Shown here piece after piece: positions 1-9,457 of a stretch of DNA of 64,000 bases (its first letter is position 1; each line of letters starts with the position of its first letter). Source of the DNA: an uncultured Bacteroidales bacterium. Lineage in GTDB: Bacteria; Bacteroidota; Bacteroidia; Bacteroidales; Muribaculaceae. Both the position numbers and the translations under genes were made by a program. The notes under the pieces are model-generated. The model searched no databases. It was not told where the DNA came from and was given only the letters and a program-made list of their open reading frames with translations. The stretch spans positions 36,144 to 100,143 of the forward strand of contig CAMWLW010000001.1 in NCBI GenBank assembly GCA_947175245.1, read 5' to 3'.

Positions 1-630
1 GTCGGTGTTTGAACGGTACTGGCCGTCGGTGTCCATGATGTTGACCGGCTCGTTGGCGAGCTCAAACATGATGTGAGGGTTGTTGGTGAGACGCCGCTGG
101 GTCGAGATATAGCCCCACACGCGCAGGAGGTATTTATGGTAGGCGTCGTTGACCGCGATGTCGTGAGGACACACGCCCGGGGGACGCATCACGACATACA
201 GACCCTTTGAGATGGCATACTCGGCCATCGGGATAAACACCTGTGTGAGATAGGTGCGGAAACGATTGAAATCAAATGCCGAGATGTCGTTCTCGCCGGT
301 GGTGCTGACACCGGGAGTGTTTGACCAGTAGGGATCCATGTGCATGCGCACGTAGTTAACTTTCCAACCGGCATTGACCACGCCGTCGATGATGCCCTTG
401 TTGTACTTGAGACAGGCGCTTACATCATAATTAGACCATTTGGAGCCCTGCTCGTTGAACCAGGGGCTGTAAGTCTGGCCAAAGCCGTGCAGAAGGACTT
501 CGTTGCCATTCTCGTCGAGAAGATAGCGGCCCTCGATGTGCAGTTTTGGCATTTCCATACCGGGCCATGCCGACACTTTGAAAGCGACCAGCAGCCCTAC
601 CAACATGAAGATGTATTTGATGCGATTCAT
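1..630 (-). CDS. Glycoside hydrolase family 5 endo-beta-1,4-glycanase (xylanase/glucanase type). Only the N-terminal 210 codons are present; the 3' end lies outside the window.
   Basis: Absent from the ORF track because it runs off the edge. My own reverse-strand translation from the ATG at 628-630 gives MNRIKYIFMLVGLLVAFKVSA (signal peptide) ... LLHGFGQTYSPWFNEQG ... NYVRMHMDPYW ... HIMFELANEPVN. The ELANEP stretch fits the GH5 acid/base NEP motif. The frame stays open to base 1. Confidence 0.7.
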   Translation of the reverse strand, partial: MNRIKYIFMLVGLLVAFKVSAWPGMEMPKLHIEGRYLLDENGNEVLLHGFGQTYSPWFNEQGSKWSNYDVSACLKYNKGIIDGVVNAGWKVNYVRMHMDPYWSNTPGVSTTGENDISAFDFNRFRTYLTQVFIPMAEYAISKGLYVVMRPPGVCPHDIAVNDAYHKYLLRVWGYISTQRRLTNNPHIMFELANEPVNIMDTDGQYRSNTD

Positions 631-643
631 CACTGTATTTTAT

Positions 644-2014
644 TTATTTGAAGTTCCAATAATCAAAGTTGAAAAGTCGGGGACCCTTGCGTCCCTTGAA
701 CAAGAAGTACAAATCGTGGGCACCGGTCTCGTCAATCTGAGCGGGCACCTCGATATAGCGCCAGTTTTCCCAGCCGCCTGTGCCGGGGACGTCGACGGTG
801 GCTACAACGGGGCCTTCGAGGCTGTCGAGGCGCACCTCAATCTGTCCGCCGCGCAGGGCGCTTGCCACCGACACGCCGAGTGTCCTGGAGCCGCCGGCCT
901 TAAAGTCGACGTTTTTAAGCATTGTGTAATCGCCATCGTGAATATCGCTGATATACAAACCGGTAGCAGAATTGGGCTCGGTGGTGACACCCTGTGACCA
1001 TGCCATTGTCTCGGCCTCGACACGATGATAGGGGTCGAGAGAACCGACAGCAGGAGCGCCCTCGGCCGTGGGCATTATGACGGGAATGGTGCCGTCATCG
1101 TTAAAGCGGAATGGCTCGACCGCCATGCTGCGTGCAAAGCCGCCTCCGCCGGGCAGAGTGCCGGTGTGATAGAAGAAGTAGGGTTGACCCTTGTACTCGA
1201 TGATGCCCGAGTGGTTGGTGAACGACCCTGTCTCGTCAAGCTGAGGCATGATAACGCCTTTGTACTCCCACGGGCCTGTGGGCGATTTGCTCATCGAGTA
1301 GGCTATGTGCTCGGGGATACCGCCGGCGGCATATACCATGTAGTAGTTGTCGCCACGCTGAAAGAACCATGGGCCCTCGGTATAGGTCGAGAAATACTCT
1401 TTGTCGGCCTCCATGGGAACGAACTTGGGCTTGCCGAACCCCTCGGGCGTCTGCTGTATCGTGCGCACTTCGCCGTCAAACGATATCATGTCGTCGTTGA
1501 GTTTGACATAAAAGAGTTTGGGGTTACCCCAGTAAAGGTAGGCATCGCCCTTATCGTCGATGAAAACAGTAGGGTCGATGTTGGCCCAGTCACCGTCGAC
1601 TAGGGGCTTGCCGATGGCATCTTTGAACGGGCCGACGGGGGTGTCACCGACGGCGACACCGATGGCCATGGCGCCCGACAGGCTTGAGTGAAGGGGAACG
1701 TAGAAATAGAATTTGCCGTCACGTTCAACACACTGCGGTGCCCAGGCGCGGTCGTCGCCCCAGGAGAAGTCTTCGATGGCGAGGGGCGAGCCGTGGTCGG
1801 TCCAGTTGACCATATCGGTCGTTGAATAGACACGCCATTCCTGCATCCAGAAGAAATCGGCACCGTTCTCGTCATGCCCGGTGTAGACATAGAGTGTATC
1901 GTTGTGAACCATAGGCGCGGGATCGGTCGTGTAGCATGTCTGCACTATGGGATTGAGTGCAGCGGCCGTCATCGTGACCGACAGCAGTGCGGTTAGTAGC
2001 GGGAGTTTCTTCAT
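644..2014 (-). CDS. GH43 alpha-L-arabinofuranosidase/beta-xylosidase with a C-terminal CBM6-like module
   Basis: ORF 644..2050. The track start at 2050 is TTG; the ATG at 2012-2014 gives MKKLPLLTALLSVTMTAAA (signal peptide). The GH43 N-terminal signature is TTDPAPMVHNDTLYVYTGHDE ... WRVYSTTDMVNWTDHG ... AWAPQCVERDGKFYFY. The C-terminal beta-sandwich resembles CBM6 (YISDIHDGDYTMLKNVDF ... GGWENW ... YFLFKG). Confidence 0.85.
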   Translation of the reverse strand: MKKLPLLTALLSVTMTAAALNPIVQTCYTTDPAPMVHNDTLYVYTGHDENGADFFWMQEWRVYSTTDMVNWTDHGSPLAIEDFSWGDDRAWAPQCVERDGKFYFYVPLHSSLSGAMAIGVAVGDTPVGPFKDAIGKPLVDGDWANIDPTVFIDDKGDAYLYWGNPKLFYVKLNDDMISFDGEVRTIQQTPEGFGKPKFVPMEADKEYFSTYTEGPWFFQRGDNYYMVYAAGGIPEHIAYSMSKSPTGPWEYKGVIMPQLDETGSFTNHSGIIEYKGQPYFFYHTGTLPGGGGFARSMAVEPFRFNDDGTIPVIMPTAEGAPAVGSLDPYHRVEAETMAWSQGVTTEPNSATGLYISDIHDGDYTMLKNVDFKAGGSRTLGVSVASALRGGQIEVRLDSLEGPVVATVDVPGTGGWENWRYIEVPAQIDETGAHDLYFLFKGRKGPRLFNFDYWNFK

Positions 2015-2073
2015 GGATAATAATTGGATGGATAATAATTGTGTATGCAAGGATAAGTGGGGCGTCAGGCCGT

Positions 2074-3243
<1,170 letters not shown>

Positions 3244-4356
3244 TTAACGTATGGCAACTTTCTTGCCGTTCACGATATAGAAGCCCTTGGCAAGGCCCGA
3301 GAGCTCGGCGGCATTATCGGTGTCGAGAACTTTTACGCCCATGAGGTTGTAAACGACAGTGCGGTTGGTCTCGGGAACGAGGACTTCGCCGACACCCGAG
3401 TTTCCATTAGACTCGGTGTAGAGAGTCATGTTGGTGAGGTAGAAAGTGCCTACATACTCGCCGAGGCTTGCAAGCCAGCGGGCGGGGGGATTTGACTCGT
3501 CACCGTCGGCAGCAGCGTCGTAGGGCTCGCCATAAATGATGACGTGCTCCCAATTCTCGGTGATGTTGAATTTAGACATGTTGCCACAGCCCTGCCAGTC
3601 TCTCTCGGCCTGGAAGCCCGAGCTTATAGCCTTGGCGGCATCACCCTTGATGTCGAAACCGATGTAATATTTAACACCGGGAGTGAACTTATAGTCGAAG
3701 GCCAGCTGAACTTCCCAGCTGTTCATTTTCTCGGGATTGGTGAATTTGAGGCAGGTCTTGCCGTCTTCCTCGACAGTCTCGCGGGTTGACTGTCCGCCCC
3801 AGCCGCCTATAACCTCACCGTTGCCTGTATAGAACGAGGCGAGAACGTCGCCGGTTGTGGGCAGCTCGACTGCATCGGCATGAGAAACTTCGACCCAGGC
3901 GATGTGTATAGTGCCGACGAGTGTACCCGACTGGAAGAGGACGAAGCTGTCGCCGGTCATATCGGGAGCGGCAATTTTGACGCTATACTCGTGATACTCG
4001 TTGTCACCGGTCACTTTGATGACGTTGCTCTCGGTATTGCCCCAGGTGCCGAGCACGGCGGTAATGTCGCCGGCTGCATCGCTCTTGATTTTGGCGCTCA
4101 GGGTATATTCGACGCCGGGGGTTACAGCGAAACCGCCGCTGACCATGTACTGTATAGCCCAGAAATCGGTGGCCTCGGGGTTGGTGAGTACCAGCGCGCC
4201 GTCCTTTATCTCCATATTCTCCTTTACTGCATCGGGCGCCCAGTTGTTATAGGCGGTGACGTTGGCATAGTCGGTGAATGAGTCGATGACGACCTCGGCA
4301 TTGGCGGCACAGGTCATGCCGGCAAGTGCTGCAATTGAAAGTAAAAGTTTTTTCAT
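3244..4356 (-). CDS. Secreted non-catalytic protein with two tandem CBM4/9/22-like carbohydrate-binding modules and a T9SS C-terminal sorting domain
   Basis: Signal peptide MKKLLLSIAALAGMTCAANA. Two similar ~150-aa beta-sandwich halves (GVEYTLSAKIKSDAAGDITAVLGTWGN and GVKYYIGFDIKGDAAKAISSGFQ). They resemble the modules inserted in the neighbouring GH10 (GKEYIVTAKIKGSTPGQLNVQLGNWGA). The C-terminus VVYNLMGVKVLDTDNAAELSGLAKGFYIVNGKKVAIR fits the type-A Por/T9SS CTD pattern. I saw no catalytic motif. Confidence 0.6.
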   Translation of the reverse strand: MKKLLLSIAALAGMTCAANAEVVIDSFTDYANVTAYNNWAPDAVKENMEIKDGALVLTNPEATDFWAIQYMVSGGFAVTPGVEYTLSAKIKSDAAGDITAVLGTWGNTESNVIKVTGDNEYHEYSVKIAAPDMTGDSFVLFQSGTLVGTIHIAWVEVSHADAVELPTTGDVLASFYTGNGEVIGGWGGQSTRETVEEDGKTCLKFTNPEKMNSWEVQLAFDYKFTPGVKYYIGFDIKGDAAKAISSGFQAERDWQGCGNMSKFNITENWEHVIIYGEPYDAAADGDESNPPARWLASLGEYVGTFYLTNMTLYTESNGNSGVGEVLVPETNRTVVYNLMGVKVLDTDNAAELSGLAKGFYIVNGKKVAIR

Positions 4357-4412
4357 AAGCGTGGATTGGATTGGGTTATAAAATAATCTAATATGAATTT
4401 AAGGTTATGATT

Positions 4413-4447
4413 AACAGGCGGCCGGCACGTGTCACCGGCCGCCTGTT
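4413..4447 (-). terminator. GC-rich perfect 13-bp hairpin between GH10 and the downstream CBM gene. It may be an intra-operon attenuator or stabiliser, or a weak terminator.
   Basis: aacaggcggccgg (4413-4425), loop cacgtgtca, ccggccgcctgtt (4435-4447). There is no strong U-tract on either strand. Confidence 0.35.
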
Positions 4448-4465
4448 ATTTAAGTATGGGTTGGA

Positions 4466-6574
4466 TTACTCGCCTTTCAGACCCTCGGCAAAGCCGGCAT
4501 AGGTGGGTTTGCGGTCATAGTTGAGGTTCCACAGGCCGATGGGGCTGTTGGGACGCCAGCCCGAGCCGTCGGGACTGTCGGTCTGAGCCCACTGGGTGAT
4601 GCCATGCTGCTGAGCTTCGGGAATAATCTCGAAGTACTTCTGAATGATGAACTTGTAGTATTCACCCATGAGCTTGTGCTGCTCGAGGGTTACATCCTCG
4701 GTAGCTACATCATTGCCGTTTTCATCAACGAGACCCATATCGAGCTCGGTGATGCGGCAGAGCTTACCGGTGGCGGCCATGAGCTCGAACATCTTGACTA
4801 CATGCTCCTGTTTGCTTGCCTGTGTGGCGGGATCCATGTAGTAGCTTACGTGCATCTGGCTGCCGATACCGTCGATCTTGGTGACGCCGTCGCTCTCCCA
4901 CTGCTCGATCCAGCTGATAAGGCTCTTGAGTTTCTGGTTGTCGTCCCAGTCTGACTCGAGGTTGTAGTCGTTGACAAAGAGTTTGAGCTCGTCGGGATCA
5001 CCGCCTGCCTCCTCAAAATACTGACGGGCATACTTAACGGGGATGCGAACGAAGTCGTCGCCCAGGTAGTCCTGCCAGAAGAAGTCGGTAGCATTGCCGG
5101 GGGTGCCGTGCTGCAGGTCGTAACGCTGACCCCAGGGGCCGCCCGATATAGCCTCGTTGACAACATCCCAGCACTTGACATAGCCCTCGGTGTTGTCCAT
5201 CATGCCCTTAATCCAGCGGGCCATCTCGGTCTCAAGAATCTCGGCTTTCTCCTCGGGAGTAAGCGGGATGGTGTTGAGCTGCTCGACCTTGCACATCGTT
5301 ACCGAACGAACGTCGAGGATAGCGTCAGATGTCTGAGGCTTGAGAATGATGTCGTAGGCGCCGCCATCGACCTCATTCATCTTAATGCGCACCAGGTTGT
5401 CACCTTCCTCAAGAGGAACATTGCCGCTGATGCTCTGTGCGTCACCGCCCCAACCGTTCTGCATGGTAACCTGAATACCTGAAGCCACGGCCTTTGACGA
5501 CTTGATGTCGAGATACATGGCATAGTTGCCGGCGGGAAGGTTGTTGTCACTTGCGGGCACGATGAAGAACTGTGACCAGTCGCCGGTGGGCTCGAAGTGG
5601 ATGCAACCGTTGATAACCGGGGGCTCGCAACCCATTGCATAGAAGGGGAAGGGGCCGTCGGTATAGGTCTTGCAATTTATCTCGGTCTCTACCTCGACGG
5701 CATTGGCCTCCTTGTGATGGAGTTTCACCCACTCGATCTCGAGTTTGCCGTCATAAGTACCGGGCTGGAACACGCTGAAGCCAGTGGTTACAGACATTGC
5801 ACCAAGATTAACCGAACACTCTGACCATTCATCGGTAAACTTGAGCGGAGCGTCAACAAGCGCACCCCAGTTGCCGAGCTGAACGTTGAGCTGGCCGGGC
5901 GTAGAGCCTTTAATCTTGGCGGTAACGATATATTCCTTGCCTTCTTCAAACGAGAGACCGTCCATTACAAAGAACTGATACCAGCTGCCGGGATACTCGG
6001 GAACGGTAAGAATACCGTTGTTAATCTCGGGCTCGTAACCCATTACAAAGTAGGGGAATTTATCGAAATTCTTATACTCGGTGAGGTTGTCAAGAACATC
6101 TTTCGAGTCATTGGGGTCAACCTCGGGAACACGGTCGGCGATGAGCTTGTTGAGGTACTTGACATTCTGCTGAGCGTGCCAGCAAAGTGTGTGACCGTAA
6201 ATCTCGATACCTGCCGAGCGAGCAGCATCGACAAACTCATAGACGGTGCTGAAATCCATATCACCCTTGTCGTTGACAACCGAGGCATACTTCATGGCGT
6301 TGCCGGCGGTCATGATGTCGAAGTTGTTGTTGGTGAGACGGTAGAGCATGCCTTTTTTCACATAGTCATAGGCCGACACGCCTGAACCGAGCTTGAATGT
6401 GGGGTGAGCAGTCCGGTCGATATAGTCCTTGAGCGAGCCATAGGCGTCAAGATACTCATAGTCAGCGACACTCTGTGGTTTCTCGACCTGATAGACGTCG
6501 ATGTCGGTGTCGGCACAACCTGTCAGCATGAAAGCTGACAGGCCGATAGCCGCTGATATATAAAATTTTCTCAT
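4466..6574 (-). CDS. xyn10C: GH10 endo-1,4-beta-xylanase lipoprotein whose catalytic domain is interrupted by two CBM4/22-like modules (Xyn10C-type architecture)
   Basis: Lipoprotein signal FMLTGC followed by ADTDID (acidic surface-export-like signal). N-terminal GH10 part: NFDIMTAGNAMKYASV ... IEIYGHTLCWHAQQ. About 300 aa of two CBM-like repeats follow. The GH10 fold then resumes with WDVVNEAISG (acid/base NE) and CRITELDMG (nucleophile E). It sits immediately downstream of the xusE-like gene, as in the Prevotella bryantii xus cluster. Confidence 0.9.
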   Translation of the reverse strand: MRKFYISAAIGLSAFMLTGCADTDIDVYQVEKPQSVADYEYLDAYGSLKDYIDRTAHPTFKLGSGVSAYDYVKKGMLYRLTNNNFDIMTAGNAMKYASVVNDKGDMDFSTVYEFVDAARSAGIEIYGHTLCWHAQQNVKYLNKLIADRVPEVDPNDSKDVLDNLTEYKNFDKFPYFVMGYEPEINNGILTVPEYPGSWYQFFVMDGLSFEEGKEYIVTAKIKGSTPGQLNVQLGNWGALVDAPLKFTDEWSECSVNLGAMSVTTGFSVFQPGTYDGKLEIEWVKLHHKEANAVEVETEINCKTYTDGPFPFYAMGCEPPVINGCIHFEPTGDWSQFFIVPASDNNLPAGNYAMYLDIKSSKAVASGIQVTMQNGWGGDAQSISGNVPLEEGDNLVRIKMNEVDGGAYDIILKPQTSDAILDVRSVTMCKVEQLNTIPLTPEEKAEILETEMARWIKGMMDNTEGYVKCWDVVNEAISGGPWGQRYDLQHGTPGNATDFFWQDYLGDDFVRIPVKYARQYFEEAGGDPDELKLFVNDYNLESDWDDNQKLKSLISWIEQWESDGVTKIDGIGSQMHVSYYMDPATQASKQEHVVKMFELMAATGKLCRITELDMGLVDENGNDVATEDVTLEQHKLMGEYYKFIIQKYFEIIPEAQQHGITQWAQTDSPDGSGWRPNSPIGLWNLNYDRKPTYAGFAEGLKGE

Positions 6575-6583
6575 TGGTCAGAT

Positions 6584-7660
6584 TTATTTCATTTTGAAAG
6601 AGAATTCTTCAAGTTTATTCTGGCGGTCACGCAGACACATCACCTCGTCGATCTCGGCCTTATAGGTGGCGGTGGTGCCGTCCTGGTCGTTCACGACATA
6701 GTCGATAGTGTAGGTGTATTTGAGCTCCAGGCGGTCACGATCCTCGTCACCGAAGGCTTTCTTCTCGCCCTTGGCAGTCCACTTACCCGTGCCTGTAGCC
6801 GTACAATTGGGTGTCTCGGTCGAAACAGTCACGTCGCCGTTGTCGTCGATGGTGAGAATGAGGTCACAGGTGATGTTCTTCTCTGAGGCCTTACCCTCGG
6901 CATCGGTGGTTGCCACGGCGTGAGTGTAGGTGTAGACAGCCTTATTGATGGCCTTGGTTGTGAGATAGCGCAACGAGGCTTTCTCCCACATCTCGGTCTG
7001 GCGGCTATTGGTGGTGGCGACGCCGTCGTTGACAATCTTATCGGTGCCCTTGCTCAGCCAGCAGCCATGATAGGCGTTTTTGTACTTGAGCGCATAGAGG
7101 ACATAGTCCTGGGGCTTGACCGACCAGTGGTCGCCGTTAAGACGGTCGGCGTTCTCACCAAACTCGGGCTTGGCCTGCCCTGAGAGAATCGAGTCGGCAG
7201 ACTCGGTAAGACGCACGGGAAGCACATAGTTCAGCTCAACTGCTGCGGGATCATTGAAGAAGGCATCGGTGAGCTCAACACGGAAGCCTCCGAGAACCTC
7301 ACCCTTGCGAATAGTAATGTGGTCGGTGTAGACATTATAATATTCCTGGGGGAGAGCCTTGATCGCGCTACCGTCAGAGAACACGATGCGGTCACAAAGG
7401 CTGTTGTCGATGACAAACTTCACGTCGTGGTTTTTGCGGTTCTCGTTTACACCGCCGAGGGCTGCATAGACCTCAATCGCATGCTCGTTGTCGATATCAT
7501 TGTCGGCAAAGCGCTCCTCACCAAGGGTGATTGTGCGTATGGGCGACTGACGGGCAAAATAGATGGTCTGATAATCAAAATCAGGAAAATCTACATCGCT
7601 GTTGTGACAGCCGGTGAGTAATGAGCCGATGGCAAGTATGGGAAATAATATTTTTTTCAT
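6584..7660 (-). CDS. XusE-like surface lipoprotein (DUF1735/BT_3987-like N-terminal domain); candidate surface glycan-binding protein
   Basis: Lipoprotein signal LLTGC followed by HNSDVDFPDFD. N-terminal YQTIYFARQSPIRTITLGEE is typical of DUF1735-type domains. The position between SusD and GH10 matches xusE. Confidence 0.6.
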   Translation of the reverse strand: MKKILFPILAIGSLLTGCHNSDVDFPDFDYQTIYFARQSPIRTITLGEERFADNDIDNEHAIEVYAALGGVNENRKNHDVKFVIDNSLCDRIVFSDGSAIKALPQEYYNVYTDHITIRKGEVLGGFRVELTDAFFNDPAAVELNYVLPVRLTESADSILSGQAKPEFGENADRLNGDHWSVKPQDYVLYALKYKNAYHGCWLSKGTDKIVNDGVATTNSRQTEMWEKASLRYLTTKAINKAVYTYTHAVATTDAEGKASEKNITCDLILTIDDNGDVTVSTETPNCTATGTGKWTAKGEKKAFGDEDRDRLELKYTYTIDYVVNDQDGTTATYKAEIDEVMCLRDRQNKLEEFSFKMK

Positions 7661-7688
7661 TACAGTATTGTGATTTTAGGTTTTGTGA

Positions 7689-9443
7689 TTACCATCCGGC
7701 ATTCTGCTGGAGATTGCTGAACTTCAGAGTCTCAGAATAAGGGATGGGGCCGTAGTACATGTGAGGCTGATAGTTGCGGGTCTCGACGGTGAAGGGGGTG
7801 TAGACGCCGTCAACGATGGTGATACCCATGGCGGGCTCGTTGAGTTTCTCGAGCGACACTTTCCAACGACGCAGGTCGTAGAAGCGGAAGCCCTCGAAGC
7901 AAAGCTCAATGCGGCGCTCGTTGCGGATGAGCTCACGCATGGCCTCCTTGCTGGCGGCACACTCTCTTAGATAAGCGTCGCCATTCTCAAAGCCGAGACC
8001 TGCACGGATGCGTATCTCGCGTATCACGTCATAGGCCGAGAATGAGTGTGAACCTGTACCCTTCGGGCCCCAGGCCTCATTGGCAGCCTCGGCATAGTTG
8101 AGCAGGAACTCGGTGTAGCGCAGGCGTGCGTTGTAGTGCAGCTGGTCGACACGGTTGCTGGGGTTGCAGTTTACGTCCTGACGCAGGTGTTTCTTCATGT
8201 AGTAACCTGTGCGGGTCGATGTCGAGATCATGTCGATACCGTCGTTGGTGTCGTCGCTGATGGTGCTGATCTCCTTGTTGTCGGTACCGGCACGGCCACC
8301 GTTGTACAGGATGTACTGGGCGAGGCGCAGGTCGCGGCCGGCATAGGGATTGGTCTTGTCGTATGAGCTTTGGGGAGCATCGATAGGATAACCATTCTCC
8401 ATGGGGAAGGCGTCGACGAGGTTCTGAGTGGGGTTCATGCGGCCGTTACCGTACAGTGTCGGGGGGAAGTAGCTCTCTTCACGATCGTGGCTGTTGCCTT
8501 TGACATCGCGCCATATCACCTCGTCGGGACAACCGCCGTCGGTAAGATTCTGCATGTCGGGGTCACAGTACCATGTGCCGCCAAGGACGGGAACTTCCAT
8601 CAGGTAGCCGTCGCGGTCGATAAGCTCGGCAGCGGCATCGGCAGCCTCGGCCCAGGTCACACCCGAAGCCTCGAAGGCGGGGCTGGCAGCGAGGAGCTTG
8701 ATGCGTGATACAAAGCCCTTGATGACACGACCGCTCACGCGACCCTGGAACTCGGGGCCAAACACGCGGGCAATCGACGAGGCCGATGCCTCGGGATACT
8801 TGCCTGCGAGCTCGGTGTAATACTCCTCGCCATACTCGGTGGGGAGGTACTTCAGGGCAGTCTCGAAGTCGCTGTTGATGTCATTGATACACTCAACGAA
8901 GGTGTTGCGGGGCACGTTGAAGTCGCTCGAGGCGTCCTCGGCAACCTTTACGATGGGATAACCGAGAAGCTGGCCCGACTGGTCAACACCGGCGTGAGCC
9001 TGCAGGAGGAAGTAAGACATTATACCGCGCAGGGCGTGAGCCTCGCCATAGAAACGGTCGTGGAAAAGGGCATTGGCCTTGGGGTCAGATGTCCAGGTGA
9101 CCTTGTCGAGCTCAGAAAGGAAGATATTGCAGTACTGGATGGCACTGCGGCATGTCTCCCAGCGGTTCATCGGGTTAGATACCGATGTCCAGCGGCCGGC
9201 AGCCATCTGGCGCCACGAGTTATCGGCCTCGTTGCTTACAGCATCGTCGGTGGCAGGCTCGTTGAACTGGAAGCCGGGGATGTACATGTAAACGTTGCCG
9301 AGCACGTTCTGGGCATAGTTAGCATTTTCCTCGAGGTAGTCGAGGGGGAGATTATTCTCGGGCGACGGAGTGAATACATCCTCACACGATGCCAACGTTC
9401 CTACCATGAGGGTAAGGAGGCCGGTTTTCAATATATTATTCAT
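7689..9443 (-). CDS. SusD/RagB-family nutrient-binding lipoprotein (XusD position)
   Basis: ORF 7689..9458. The ATG at 9441-9443 gives MNNILKTGLLTLMVGTLASC (lipobox) and leaves a 14-nt gap after the SusC stop. The C-terminal SusD hallmark is ERRIELCFEGFRFYDLRRW ... QNAGW. Confidence 0.9.
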   Translation of the reverse strand: MNNILKTGLLTLMVGTLASCEDVFTPSPENNLPLDYLEENANYAQNVLGNVYMYIPGFQFNEPATDDAVSNEADNSWRQMAAGRWTSVSNPMNRWETCRSAIQYCNIFLSELDKVTWTSDPKANALFHDRFYGEAHALRGIMSYFLLQAHAGVDQSGQLLGYPIVKVAEDASSDFNVPRNTFVECINDINSDFETALKYLPTEYGEEYYTELAGKYPEASASSIARVFGPEFQGRVSGRVIKGFVSRIKLLAASPAFEASGVTWAEAADAAAELIDRDGYLMEVPVLGGTWYCDPDMQNLTDGGCPDEVIWRDVKGNSHDREESYFPPTLYGNGRMNPTQNLVDAFPMENGYPIDAPQSSYDKTNPYAGRDLRLAQYILYNGGRAGTDNKEISTISDDTNDGIDMISTSTRTGYYMKKHLRQDVNCNPSNRVDQLHYNARLRYTEFLLNYAEAANEAWGPKGTGSHSFSAYDVIREIRIRAGLGFENGDAYLRECAASKEAMRELIRNERRIELCFEGFRFYDLRRWKVSLEKLNEPAMGITIVDGVYTPFTVETRNYQPHMYYGPIPYSETLKFSNLQQNAGW

Positions 9444-9457
9444 GTCGATAAATAGCA

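Noticed and set aside
340-997. Plus-strand ORFs 340..651 and 536..997 at the left edge.
   Set aside because: They overlap the reverse-strand GH5 and GH43 genes, which have clear catalytic-family motifs. They are shadow ORFs.
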